Origin: Magallana gigas
Taxonomy: Eukaryota
Length of the DNA: 64,000 bases
NCBI RefSeq assembly: GCF_963853765.1
Contig: NC_088856.1
Span: 16,988,001-17,052,000, forward strand
Reading direction: 5' to 3'
Shown here: piece by piece, positions 12,545-25,900 of the stretch
Layout of the letters: each line of letters begins with the position of its first letter
Position numbering within the stretch: position 1 is the stretch's first letter
Position numbers and translations under genes: made by a program
The notes under the pieces: generated by a model
Told to the model about the DNA's origin: nothing
Database searches by the model: none
Seen by the model: the letters and a program-made list of their open reading frames with translations, nothing else

Positions 12545-13005
12545 AGTAATAAGGAACTATTCTTTGATTATATATTATACTTTCATGTTAAATACTGAAA
12601 TCTGATTGGTTTACACGCAGTCGATAACCCGTTCTATTACCCTCAGCGTTAGAAACTCACTTAGCAACGGGTAACACAACGAATTGTTACATGCGCGTAA
12701 ATCATGCGCGTACGGTTCGCCGTAGAATTCACGTCATTTCTATAGTAAAGCAGTAAAAAATTCTCTAAAATTTAGACATTCAGTATAATGAAATAAATAG
12801 TGCCTCTTCGCGTCGGTTGACAATGGTTTCCTCGGGATGTCAATTTCAACTGTTACCCTCCCAAACAGGCACTATTTATATATTATCATGAGGTGATCAA
12901 ATACGGTCTGGCATGATCTAATCTATCATCAGGGCTCTATTGGATTTGATCACCCCGACCGCATTTGATCACCTCATCATATTCAAAGAATGATTCCTTT
13001 TTCCG
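12545..13005. mobile_element. Nested non-autonomous foldback elements: family B (~12573-12882) inserted into the left arm of family C (Crypton-like, inference)
   Basis: B matches 43265-43635; C matches 48157-48303 in the opposite orientation. C's left arm (AATAAGGAA..ATTCTTTGA) lies before B and the rest of C (ATCATGAGGTGATCAAAT...GATCACCTCAT..ATTCAAAGAATGATTCCTT) lies after it. Confidence 0.7.
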
Positions 13006-13828
13006 TACGTGTTTAAAAGTTGCAAAAATTGCGCTAGTTTTGGACTGATAAACCTTATTTCCACACAAATGCTGAGGAAAATATTAGTTCCTATCTGATA
13101 TCGCCACTTTACTTACCTCGAACTTTCTATAATTTATTTATAAATATGCTAACCGACCTCGGAAAATGAAGTATTGTTAAACCCATGTGCAGATCGAGAT
13201 CGAGTCGCCATTTTAACATGTAAACAAACTGCATCACTTCACTTTATGGGGCTGGTAATGGTTTAACGAGGATTTTTTTGGATTCAAATATTTGCACAGA
13301 GTGTGCTCGGAAGTAATATTAATCACTACAAAACAAGCGTAATTTTTGTGCGCCGTAAATTGCAACTTTTTAACACAAATGTAGCTGTAGCTCCCAAGTT
13401 ATTCATGTGGGGGTTTATTCCAGACCGGGAGCTATATACAGACCCGCAGATAAATTTCCTTTATCTCTATACAGAACTCCATCTTCTTATGGAAATTTGT
13501 ATTGTTTAAAAATGAATACAACCATTCAGCTCTTTTAACAAAACATTGGTTATCTATTTAAAAATATGTAGTGTCTGTCAAAGGTATGCGCCTCGTCGTT
13601 AAAGAAGGAGGTACAGTTTCTTTTAATATTTGCCTTAAAATTCAAAGTTGTTTAAATCTCATGAAAATACACACATACTATCTTGAACATGATTGTGTGT
13701 ATATGAAATGCCAAGTTGTACACTTTTATCTTGTTTCAAAAAATAATTACGACTTCAACATTTTGGCATATTTCTAAGATTTAGTCAAAAATGGTGAAAA
13801 ATGACACATTTTCACATAGTTTTTTGAA

Positions 13829-13956
13829 GAGGAAAATATGTCCGCAGCCGTCGCCCACAACAAAATTAATATATTTCATGTAATATAACATGATAAAGTT
13901 AGGATGCGAGTTTCATTGTGGGCGATGGCTGCGGACATAGTTTTCTATTCAGAAAA
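13829..13956. repeat. Inverted repeat (~40-bp arms) inside a probable DNA-transposon remnant
   Basis: GAGGAAAATATGTCCGCAGCCGTCGCCCACAA ... TTGTGGGCGATGGCTGCGGACATAGTTTTCT. Confidence 0.75.
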
Positions 13957-14769
13957 CCACCGAGGAATTGGTGTCTTCTGCCCAGTTTTATGAAAATTAA
14001 GGGGAAATGCACTGTTTGTGACATCACAATTACCCTTGTGAAAGTCTAAGCAGATAACTAACTATAGAGTCTTTGTTTATGGGTATTTTTGTGTAAATAA
14101 ACGTTTCATTTCCATTTTTGGTGACATTTTTAAAAATCACTCTAAAACAGGACAAAATATGACTGAAACTGTACCTTATATTTTAAATATTTTATTCATT
14201 ATTTTTCACATTTTCTTCTAATACAAAAGTTAATAAATTTTTACTTTAATACAAATACTTTTTTTTTTAATAAAATAAATTTTATTATTGAATTTTTCGT
14301 TACATTCCATTGCCCAATTACATGTATTGTAAGGGTATTCGCCTAAGGCTTTTTATGCATACCAATTGTATCTACGATAATGGTCTCAACGTAATGAGTT
14401 AAATACTAGTAAATACTAGAACATGTGTATATACATGACAATACGAAGACATATACAAGTTCTTAAAAATATTTCACGTTTTCAATTCAACGTCGATCGT
14501 TTTGGGTACAAGATGAGAAAACATATGAGAGAACACAACAAGTAATGAAAGAAACGGTGGTATTAACTGTCAAACCTTCTGTAATCCATATAATCTACGA
14601 GGTCACTGATCGGATTCTCTTTCGTTATCAAAATCATCGAAATAATGTCAATGTCCACCTTCGACTCTACATAGAAACACAACATACATGTAAAATACAA
14701 ATAAACCGGGACCAGCTAGCGCAATGCTATCAAGATCACTTTTCCGTTGATAACAAGTTTCCTGTCTGT

Positions 14770-17700
14770 TCACACATGCGTATCGTCGTCTTCCTCTATA
14801 TTTGTGATGAAGTACAAAGGATTTTCATTCATGACCGCTGAATCTTGTCCAACTGTGCAGTCTAGGTACGGATCGTCGGCCATATTGGATTTTTTGTTGT
14901 GGCGACCGTTCCTTTTTCTGTAATTGCATGTAAAATATATAGGCATGTCGGAATTCTCCAAAGATTAACATGAGTCAACGATCCATTTAGATGTTAAATT
15001 TAGATCAAATGATTGTCAATAATATATATGACAAACAGGGACATGCAATTTTTATCATTTTGAAGCTTCACGAAAGCAGACATGTATATATACTAGTACT
15101 TACTTTAATTTAAGGAATACAATAATGACGATGACTACCAAAATGACACCCCCGCCTGCACCTGCTAGAAGAGGAATGTTATTAGTCACCCAGTCCTGAA
15201 ATTAAACAGGGATCAAATGTACCTATTTTTAATAAAAACAAAAGGAAAAAACCCACAAATTACAATACATATTACATTATATTACACATCTGGTATAATA
15301 TTCGCAGTAAATATAATTTCTGTGTTACAGGTGGTGAACTTTTTTCTTTTCAAAATACAAAATAAATTATATATACAGTGTTTGTATCATAAAATGAATC
15401 TTATTTGCAAGTTAGATTTTATGTTAACATAAAATAAATCAATTTGGATTTTTTTAAACTTGCACATATATTACAAGCCTGCATTTTCTACAACTGTCAA
15501 TAAACTTCTATTCGCGTGAAATAAAATTTCGCTTCACGGGTATCGTGAGAATATTATAGTCATAAAAAAGTCCTTTATTTGGAAGGCTTCGTTGCGAACA
15601 TAAGTGTATCGAATCGTAATCATGTTTATCACATGTCAATCGCAACATCAAGTCGCTGCTAATATATATTAGTTTACAATATTTATACTTTTGTTGAATA
15701 TTCTTGCTAATTCACCCTTAATAATAGTTTCTCCACCTATCGGCACATTTTCTTAATACTGAGTTTACTACAAAGCAACTCTAATTGGTCTAGGACAAAA
15801 TCATAGACCCTATAGTTACTTTCGGGCATTGTTTATGTCCTCCATCAGAAATTATATTACACAAACCTCGTTTTCTCCAGATTTCTTTAACTCTTTCCCT
15901 ACAAGCTCAAACGGAAAAATTGCGCCCACTTCCTTTGCTGACATCTTGTTTAATCTTGTCTTCAAGTCTCCATTCTTTAGCATCTTGCCATCACAAACTA
16001 CCGGAACTTCGAAATCCGTTCTTCCATTGCTGTCAGGAATGTACAAAATTATTTCATTTCACTTAAAACAATCAAGATGACGTTAATTTGGTAATTTTAC
16101 AAGACAAGTCAGAATGAAAAATTATGTAATAAATATTTTTACAAAACAGGTCAGAATGAAAAAAAATGAAATGAATATTTTTACAAGACAGGTCAGAATG
16201 AAAAAATATGAAATGAATATTTTATTCACTCCACTTTTAATAGTGTTTTTTTTTTTGGTAAAGGTATCTTGTTTCTTGCTTTTATATACTGAAAAATAAA
16301 ATGCCTGTGTCACATTCCATCAACAATTCAATGAAACATTTCGATTCATGGCTGTTGTTGTGAGGGATTTACATATAAAATGTTTACATTTTTATCTGGA
16401 AATTAAATATACATTACCTATACGACAAAACATGGTCATAAAGTAAAACGGTAATGTCATGGCAAATCGTGGAGCATATCTGTTGTAGAGCATCTTTTAT
16501 TTTGCTGACGTCTGTTTCTGTCACGTGTCCATTGAACTCCAGAAGAACCTTCTCTTTAATGACGACAGCTGAATAATAATGAACTGATTTGTTTATCTTT
16601 ATAGTTATACCACAACCAGTCAAACTTGGTTTCATATAATTCAGAACAAGAACTTGGTTGTAATGAACATTTTAAAAAAGATTTAAAATCTGTGGAATCA
16701 TCATTGTTCGTTGGGGACCAATGTTCGTGACTTTCGTGGGTAACCCTTGCTGCTATGCAGTCATGGCTTTTTGAAATCAAAAAGCAACAAATTTGTCGGG
16801 CATTAAAGCCGTGTCTTTGTTAAACATGTATGTGAAAATTTACCTTGAGACTAGCGTCATTCTTAACTGGATACTTTTATCAAACGGAAATTAAAGTCCG
16901 CAGTTTTGTTAAAATGGCTCCAATACCGAAGGTTCTTTGAAAAAGACAAGGTAAAAAACATACCTGTTGATGTTTTTCCTTGCATTATCTCACAGGAAGT
17001 GCCCTGGTGTCCATCTTGGCATTTGCAAGTGTACGATCCCGGGGTATTATAACACACCCCAAAACCTGAACATTTCTCACGCGCACACTCATTTATATCT
17101 TGGTCACACTTCAAACCACTCCATCCATCCAAACACTCGCAGTGGAACGATCCCTCTAAATTGGAGCAGGATTTAGCGTGCACACACGTGTTAGCTTGGC
17201 ATTCGTTGATGTCTTTGTCGCAACGTCGCCCTCTCCAACCCTGCAAACATGAACAGTTGTACCCACCTGCAAAGTTGTTACATGTTGACCCATGAAGGCA
17301 GACCTCACTGTAACACTCATTGACATCCTGCTCGCATCGTTTGCCTGTCCACGCTGGGGGACAGTCGCAGTGGGCACTACCAAGGCTGTTTCTACAGCTC
17401 CCGCCATTTTCACACGACAGGATGTTGTTTTGACATTCGTCTATATCATCAGTGCATGCTTTGTTTTTCCAGCCAGGTTTGCAATGGCATGAATAACTTC
17501 CGTCCGTGTTCGTACAGTTATAACTGTTTTGCTTGGAACACAGTTTATCAAAAGCACACTCGTTTAGATCCTGATCACAAGATTTACCCACCCAACCCTC
17601 TTGGCAATGACAATTATATGATCCAGGAGAATTCTCGCAGAGGGTCACATGTCTACATGTTCCTATCGAACATTCATTTACATCATCCTCACACGAAGGT

Positions 17701-20700
17701 CCGGACCAATTTGGTGGACACAGGCACTCGTAACTTCCAACAGAATCCCGACAAGTACCTCCATTTTTACAAACGTTGTTTAAGCACTCATTTATATTGG
17801 TGTCACAAGTTGCACCGGACCATCCGCGGTCACAGTTACATAGAAACCCACCATCTGTGTTTGTACAGTTTCCATTGTTGCATATGTTGTTTGATAAACA
17901 TTCGTCAACATCAGAGGAGCAGTCTGGTCCTTGATGATTCGGAGGACACGAACATTCATAAGAACCAAGTTTGTTTATGCAAGTACCACCATTAAGACAG
18001 ACATCTTTTCTATTGCATTCATCAATATCGTTTTGACACTTGTCGCCTTCATATCCGGAATTACACGCACAATGAAAACTTCCAAATAAGTTAGTGCAGT
18101 TACCATGCCCAGAACAAAAACCGGGATTTGAGCATTCATTGAAATCCAGTTGGCAGTTATCACCTGTCCAGTTGGAAAAACAAGAACACCTATAAGATCC
18201 ATCTCTATTCTGACAGGAACCTCCATTTTGACATGGACTGTACAATACACATTCATCTATATCTCTATTACAATGAGTTCCATTCCAGCCTACGTCACAG
18301 GAGCAGGTGTAAAAACCAGGTGTGTTTGAACAATTTCCATTACCGTTGCATGGATCATTGAGGCATTCATCAATGTCTTCAGTGCAATTTTTCCCTGACC
18401 AGTTTGACGGACACACACATACATAGCCACCAATCACATCGATACAAGCCGCTCCATTTTTACAAGGGGTGTATATCGAACACTCGTTGACATCGCTTTC
18501 ACAGTTTCTACCGAACAATCCAACCGGACACGTGCATTGGAAGGTTCCATTCAGGTTACTACACGTGCCATTGTTTTGACAAACGTTCGAAAGACATTCA
18601 TCAATGTCCTGCTCACAGTTTGTTCCCGACCATCCGGTCCTACACGAACAGGTAAAGTTTCCGTCTGCCAGGTCAAAACACGTCCCTCCATTCTTACAGG
18701 GTGTTTTTGTGCATTCTCGAATCTTGCTTTCACATTGATTCCCGGTATAGCCTGTGAAATGTATAAAATTTTAGAGGTAAGATGAAGGTAAGTACGGCAT
18801 TTATCAAACAAAAGAAATTTTTTCATACGAAATATATTTTATTTCATGCGTCCTTCATATGATAAGTATATATACAAACTGTAGAAGAAAGATGTTCGCA
18901 ATAGAAATGGTTGATTAATTAGTCGGCATTCCAAACTACCAACCCACTAACCGTCTTGACAATATAAATATCCAGCCCCTGAACAATTCCCATGTGTAGT
19001 ATCGACACAATATCTAGAGCACTCGTCTCCATAGAAATGATCGTCACAGATTAGGTTTCCATAATCATTGCATGATCCGTTGTTTTTATCAACGCAAAAT
19101 ATGGTGCATTTAGGTCCAAAATAGTGTTGGTCACATTGCAGCTGTCCCGTGGCATTACACCTCCCATGGCTGCCATTGACGTATCTTACGCAGTTCTTTG
19201 AACAGTCGTCTCCATAGAAATGAGGATCACACAGAACTGTTGCTATTATTGTAGCTCTAATGGGAAATAATGAAAAGAAGAATTTGATTCATGCAAAATG
19301 ATCTTATGATTTTCTGGATTTACTCATTTTATAAAACATGTTAAGAAATCTACGTATAATTCTCAAAATCGATAAGTTAAGTTTCAATATTTTGAATTCC
19401 AATTTCTTTTAACTTTGTTAAATATGAGAACCTCAACCATTTGGCGCCGTTTTTTAAAGCGCTAAGCATAGCTCAGCGCTTTATTGTCGTTAGACTTCTA
19501 TTTCCGGTGCAAGGAATAACTGCCCTCTATGAGCAGAAATATAATCATTTAAACTGGTAAGAGGTATAGGGAACCAGTTATCTGGGTGACGAAAATGGCC
19601 GAGTAGATACGATTGGTTTGCGGGGCTTACGTACATCAGCACGGGATGCTACGCAGTGATGAAAAAATATAGTGCGTATTCAGAAGCTAAAATATAGAAA
19701 AATAAAATCGATTCTTTGCAAGAAAATGTCAAAAACTGTGATAAATTACTGTTCAAAAGGTATAATTTGTGATTTTAACATATCTTTTTTCAGGCAAGTA
19801 TCCATATACAAGTCGTGTTCAGCTTTAATTCACATCATCTTCAGAAAGTAACATATATTTAAAGAAATCTGGCCTTCGATACTTAAATTGATATTCATTA
19901 AACATAAACCAAAATTTCAATAAGGCTCATTTCCGCCTACGCCTACGCTTGCACACAGTAACTTTTCTTAGAACCAAGCTAGGTTAGCGCTTTTCAGTAC
20001 TTTCAGTACTTTGATTTTTTATTTTCAGTAGTCAATGTATATATTATCAAAGTTCGGTGTTCCTTATTGCCTGTTTAAATCTTAATTTTTTTGGGTTTTT
20101 ATTTTACATGAAAAAAAAAGTCTAGAGGGATACCTGGTCAAATAATTGTAGAGCGTCGTAGACGATGGCTTTGCAGTAGTCGTTTGGGTTATGCTGAAGA
20201 GTTCTTGCGCTAACGTACGATTTCTCTGGTTACCATCGTATATTAAAAACTCAACCAATGTGTTACTCTGTAATTTTAAGTAGAGTATAATCAGATATCA
20301 GTTTGTTCTACAACAATCGAATAGTGTATATGCTAGTAAAACATAAACATTCTATTTAGCACTGCAATCAACACAAAAACAAATTATAAGCGTGTATTTA
20401 CCCCATTCCAGTTAGGAATATCTATGTGTATTGGATTTGGTAAGGAGCCAACCATCGAAAGGTTCTGGAAATTGAACGTTTCGTGGTTCCCAAGTGGCCC
20501 ACTCTCGTACCGTTGTTTAATAGGGCGGTTTGTACCAAACCTATTAAACATTCAATATGCTTATCAAAATTGTTCATCACTGCTTATAGAATGTATTTTC
20601 CATTGAAAAATAGTGTTTTATTTTCTAAAAAAATATGTACGCGTTATTAGTGCATGTAAATGCAAATATATGCCTAAAGAATCGGTCTACAGTATTTTTT

Positions 20701-22007
20701 CAGTATGTGTAAAAAAAAAACTTGTAGTAAAACATTAACCAAACATTGAATTCGGAGCGTATATTGTATATGAACGGGGAGCAAAGGATACCTAAGAAAT
20801 TCACAAAAATTATAGCCCCTTTTTCTACTCTGGCCCTTTCAAGTAGTTATTGCGATTCTAAGGTACCTCGAGCTCATAAGGTACCTCATACAGACCTGAG
20901 GTTGACCTCTATGGACGGGTCGCAGACGATGGAGCAGTTTCCGGTGCTGCGCGTGTCTGTCCCGCAGCAGTAGTGGGTCGTTTTATTGTTACCGTCCAGG
21001 TACTGGTGTAGCTTGTTGGAGTAGGACAGTAGTTTCAGGCTTACCACCACATGGTTCCCCTCTATCTGAATGTGAGAGAGACGTTTTATACGGTGGCCCA
21101 ATATGGCATCATTCTCGAGTTTATTTTGAATAAATAAACATAGTATGGCATACCCGGGTTTATTTTAGATTTTTTTTGGGGGGGGGGGTGATTTTCAAAA
21201 TATTCAATCCTTTTCAAGATTTTTTTTAATTTTTAATTTCTAAAAAAAACCATCCAAATGCATAAACCCATACTTTTTCATACGAATTTGTGACTATTTA
21301 CATAGTCAATAACACCTTGAAGTTGCCAAATCTGTGTTTGAAAATCTGAGAGATTTTATACTGTAACCAAATGTGAGAATTATTTATTATTTTAAATGAA
21401 AAACAAACATAACATAAGGTAAGGCATCCCACCAATTTATGGGTTTTTTTAAGAATTGGTGAAAATTTACTATAATCATGTACATACTGGTACGTGAAAG
21501 TAGCTAAAATATTTTAAAACGTTTAAGTTTAGATATGTTGGTTGGATTTTTTCTTTGGAGTGGGGTTGTAGTAGTTTTGTTTTATAATTTGAGGAGATCA
21601 GACTTAATTATTATTTTCTTTAATTTACCAATAACAATTTATCTTCTAAATTTTATAATTTTCAACAACAGACAAAACGAGCATAGGCCTTTAATGCAAC
21701 AAACTGTTAATCTATAACAAATATCTATTAACAAAGTATCTATTCCACATTCACTTTTAAATATTTACAATACATATATCTTTTAATTTCTTCTGTGAAT
21801 TAAACTAATTTTTTTTAAAATGATAATGCTTTTGGTAATATTTTCTTCAATGATTTTTCAAAATAATAACGTAAAATATTAAAGTGCACAGTTAGAATAA
21901 ATTCTTCTATAACATTATATAAGTTACCTGGTCAAAGTACTTACTATCGTAAATTCCTCAGCAAAAAGCATCAAAACACAAATTGTTATTCTTATTAGGA
22001 CAGCCAT
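14770..22007 (-). CDS. Delta/Serrate-like type I membrane protein: signal peptide, C2/MNNL-like domain, 3 tandem DSL-like repeats, 15 (mostly Ca-binding) EGF repeats, ~100-aa stalk, TM helix, short tail; ~1050 aa
   Basis: Ten exons (minus strand): 22007-21945, 21065-20896, 20540-20402, 20267-20134, 19256-18952, 18751-16964, 16568-16418, 16029-15867, 15195-15104, 14917-14770. All GT-AG, phases match, total 3153 nt. Signal MAVLIRITICVLMLFA; MNNL-like VSLKLLSYSNK..CC..C..CDP..NPIHIDIPNWNG..VEFLIYD; TM IPLLAGAGGGVILVVIVIIVFL followed by KLKKR. Confidence 0.88.
16096..16222. repeat. Intronic minisatellite, 3 copies of ~43 bp
   Basis: TTTTACAAGACAGGTCAGAATGAAAAAA(T)ATGAAATGAATAT repeated. Confidence 0.8.
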
Positions 22008-22964
22008 GACAAAGTTCTCGATCGTTTTACATAAAGTATTTTATAAAGATCTCTTTTTTTCAAAATGTAAAGTATTTATAAAGATCTCACTTTTTCCAGA
22101 TGTAACTATTATCCGCGTTCACATGATAACAAAACAATGGGTGAACTATAGTCTAATAATCTGTTGCAGGGTCGGCCTATTGACAGTTAATAACAATGCA
22201 TTTGATAACAAAAGGGAGAGAATATTTGTGTACATACATATATACATTTATGTTATGTCATCCTTACGCAGTTATTTTGGTAGAAAACTTAAATAAGTTT
22301 GTTCAAAACGTTGCAGCTCGACAGAGTGGAAAAAGATGAAAATGAGGAAAAAGTCGCAAAAGCAGTTTTATATTTCATATTCATTAATTTTGTAGTGCAT
22401 TTATAAACATTACTCGCCGCGTGCTTTCTTGCTTTCATGAAGTCTTTATCCAGTAAATGGGATGCATATTAAATTCATCTGTTAAATAAGATGAGAGGCA
22501 AAAAATCGTTAGGTACATTCTTTGTTTTATTGTATGACACATATTTATTTGATTGTTTTCCCCACATATTTGTAGCAACGTATGATCCACAAATGATTTA
22601 CATATTTGAATGGATATGAATATGATATACATAATTATGATTTGCATACAAAGTTCATATTAATTTATAATTATCATAATCATCTACACTTTGTATTACT
22701 AGAAAGGGGGGTCTAAGCGGGAAATGTACGTACATCGTAATCTGGTTTGAGAATAATTGTTCTCCTTTTTGTGCAGTTTAATATCTATGTAAGTTTTTAG
22801 TTATGTTGGAAAACTATTTCGTTTTTTGGAAAGAAGGATTGTGGTTTTTGTTTACTGGTCAGCACTAGCAAAAGACCCATCCAAGAGAGGGTTTGAAATT
22901 CGCGCGTCTACAGATAAAGCATTGATATAAACAATACCTTCGGATAACAAAACTCAGTCAAAAC

Positions 22965-25900
22965 ATGGGGGCCTACAAACTACTAGTGAAAGGCGCGAAG
23001 CAAGTCGTTACAGTACGCAATGATGAGAACATACGGGTTCTACGGGGGAAAGAGATGCAACATGTAGACATCATCAAAGCAAAGGGCGAGGACGGCGTTA
23101 GCATCCTCGTGGACAGGTGAGATTTCTTAGGTAACTGGTACAGGTAAATCGTTGTTGGTTGGGTTGTCACCACGTAATATAAATAAACACTCTTATCGCG
23201 TGGTCCTAGATTTGGAGCAAGCTAGCTTGATAACACGATTTATACACCTTGTTCGTATTAATTCATGCACGGATCTAGAAGGGGAGAAGAGGTCAGGGGG
23301 TCCGGACCCCCCCCCCCCCCCCCCAGGCAAATTAAAATTTCTTTAAATTGACAGATTCCCCTGAGAACTCAAAATACCGTTGGATCCCCCCCCCCCCCCC
23401 CGGAAAAAATTTCTGGATCCGCGCATGTTAATTCACTGGTCATTTACATACATGTACCTTTCTCTTTCTATGGATTTTTTTATTTAATCAACCGTTGCTA
23501 TAAAGATTTCTGTTTTATCTATTATATCAATAAATATATGTAAATTCGGGGGTTTATTTAAAACAAATAATTATACAACTATTTCTTATTTACCTTAAAA
23601 TCACCGGTTGCATTTATTCAATAAATGCCATTCTCCTATCAATGTCATAAAAATACTAGAAAAAATATAATGCATCTAAAATAACAGAAAATTCTGAAGT
23701 AAATAAACACGTATTCCATTGCATGAAAATAATATAATAAACTACAAGTGCTGTTCTGGCAGAAAAACTATAAATAATTGTACCTGTAGTATAGAAGAAG
23801 GGCTATGCAAGCAGAGAAATCGCTCCATATCGTTTATACATGTAATAGGAGAGCTCCAATTACGAAGCCATAAGTTCTTGACAGGATGATGATGATTCTA
23901 AAAAAAATGACCCCAATTAGACATCAATATTTTGGGGGGTTTGTCTTGCAGTAATGGTAGGATAGAATTCATCGGTCTGGACTCGGAACGAGTGTCTAAG
24001 TATCCCAGGAGTGAGGACGAGGCGGAGCAAGTTATAGAGGCCGAGGGGAAATGCATTGTTCCTGGTCTAGTGGATGCTCACACCCATCCAGTATGGGTCG
24101 GGGATCGAGTCCATGAATTTGCAATGAAGGTTAAGTTCTACCATTTTGACCAAGTTAATTTATACCATTTAGTACGAATTTTCCAATTACTCTGTACTTT
24201 TCTTACCTTACTAAATGTAGTTTCATCAAGGTGAATACAATAAAATTACATGTACATGTAAATATCTTTTATTTTTCAAACGGTTTTACGGTATAATTAA
24301 TTAATTTCATTTCTTATTAAAGTTAGCAGGTGCTTCATATATGGAGGTACATGAAGCAGGAGGAGGTATTCATTTTACAGTGGAAAATACAAGGAAAGCT
24401 TCTCAAGACGAGCTGTACGTCAGCTTCAGCAAACGTTTGTATGACATGATGTCGGCAGGAACTACCTGTGTGGAGTGTAAAAGTGGATACGGTCTTGACA
24501 CAGAGACGGAGATAAAGATGCTGAAGGTGATTGAAACAGCAAAGCGAGAGCATCCACTGACGATATCCTCAACATTCTGTGGAGCTCATGCCATTCCGAA
24601 GTATGAAAAGGGACCTTTTTATCTCCCAAGTAGAGAGAGAATGTGTCTAAAGATGTCCAAACATTCGATTTAGGATTTAGTTTAATATAGAGCGATTACA
24701 GTCCAATGATCAAGAAATTTTTAAAACCACATTGTCTTAAACTATATTGGAAAATTTTGTATCGAGCAAAATCTAATACTGATTCTTACTTGAACAAACA
24801 AATGACGATCATAAAGAAAATATCTTCTAAAACATCTAGTATTAATAACAAAAACAAAAATTGTAAACTATATGTATATAATTTTCATCACATTTAGGGG
24901 ATCTACGGCTGAAAAAGCTACAGAGGACGTAATAAATAACCAACTACCCGCAATCAAACGTCTTATGAAAGAAGGTCAGCTCCATGTCGATAATATTGAC
25001 GTCTTTTGCGAAAAGGGTGTGTTCGATTTAGAACAATCCCGTGCTATACTAGAGGCGGGAAAAGCTGCCGGATTACAAATTAATTTTCACGGGGATGAAT
25101 TACATCCTCTTAATGGCGCAAAGGTACTTTGTTTCTTTTAAGCTGGTTATTTTAGATGTTAATCAGTCGAGATGATTATCTGTGACATTTTTGGACACAA
25201 TCTTCTTCTTAAAAAAGATGACAAATATTGACTGTGTCGTAGCCACGGTGAGGCATTTGATAGATACTGATTTAGCAGCAAGGGAAAAATGCTAAACAAA
25301 GGAAACGGTCATATGAAAATGTGCATTAATATGTATTGTTTCTTAATTACCGTATTCATATCTGGTTGTAATGCGATAATTAATTACTATAATGAATACT
25401 TACATCGTAAAGGTACGAATTTATCTCGAAGACATACATGTAGTAAAAGTTCATGAATTCCTACGATAAATTTGATTGTATTAAATATTACTTGATATTA
25501 TAATAGCCGAAACTGCGGGTTAAAGAACTTTAAGATTTTGAATGCCTAAGGAATGGGTTTGACGAGACTTATTTTATTGTTGTGGTGTTTTCCATAAAGA
25601 CATTATTAATAAATTTTAGATGGGTGCAGAATTAGGGGCCCTTGCAATTAGTCACCTAGAGGAGATTTCTGAGGAGGGTATCGCTGCCATGGCTAGTTCC
25701 GGGTCAGTGGGCGTGGTGCTTCCTACCACCGCCTACATCCTGAGGCTGAGGCCCCCACCGGTCAGGAGGATGCTGGAGGCGGGGGTGGCGGTGGCGCTGG
25801 GCTCAGATTTTAACCCTAATGCTTACTGCATGGCAATGGTAAGAAATACAGGTGTTAGTGCCGGGGAGGGGCGTTCATTATGTAGAGCTCGTTCTATAGT

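Noticed and set aside
16556-16780. Intronic ORF with FDWLWYNYKD, faintly like a hAT TTF-type zinc finger or an alternative terminal exon of the DSL gene
   Set aside because: No good acceptor or phase-compatible donor, and the C..C motif is incomplete; the gene splices cleanly around it.
16967-18826. Several overlapping ORFs (17456-17995, 17156-17413, 17975-18256, 18537-18785, 18551-18826 and others)
   Set aside because: Antisense or off-frame shadows of the EGF exon with no recognisable motifs.
20125-20133. GTATCC donors in the DSL gene (20133) and the protease gene (55863) as U12 introns
   Set aside because: Positions +7/+8 deviate from TT (GTATCCCT, GTATCCAT) and there is no convincing TTCCTTAAC branch site.
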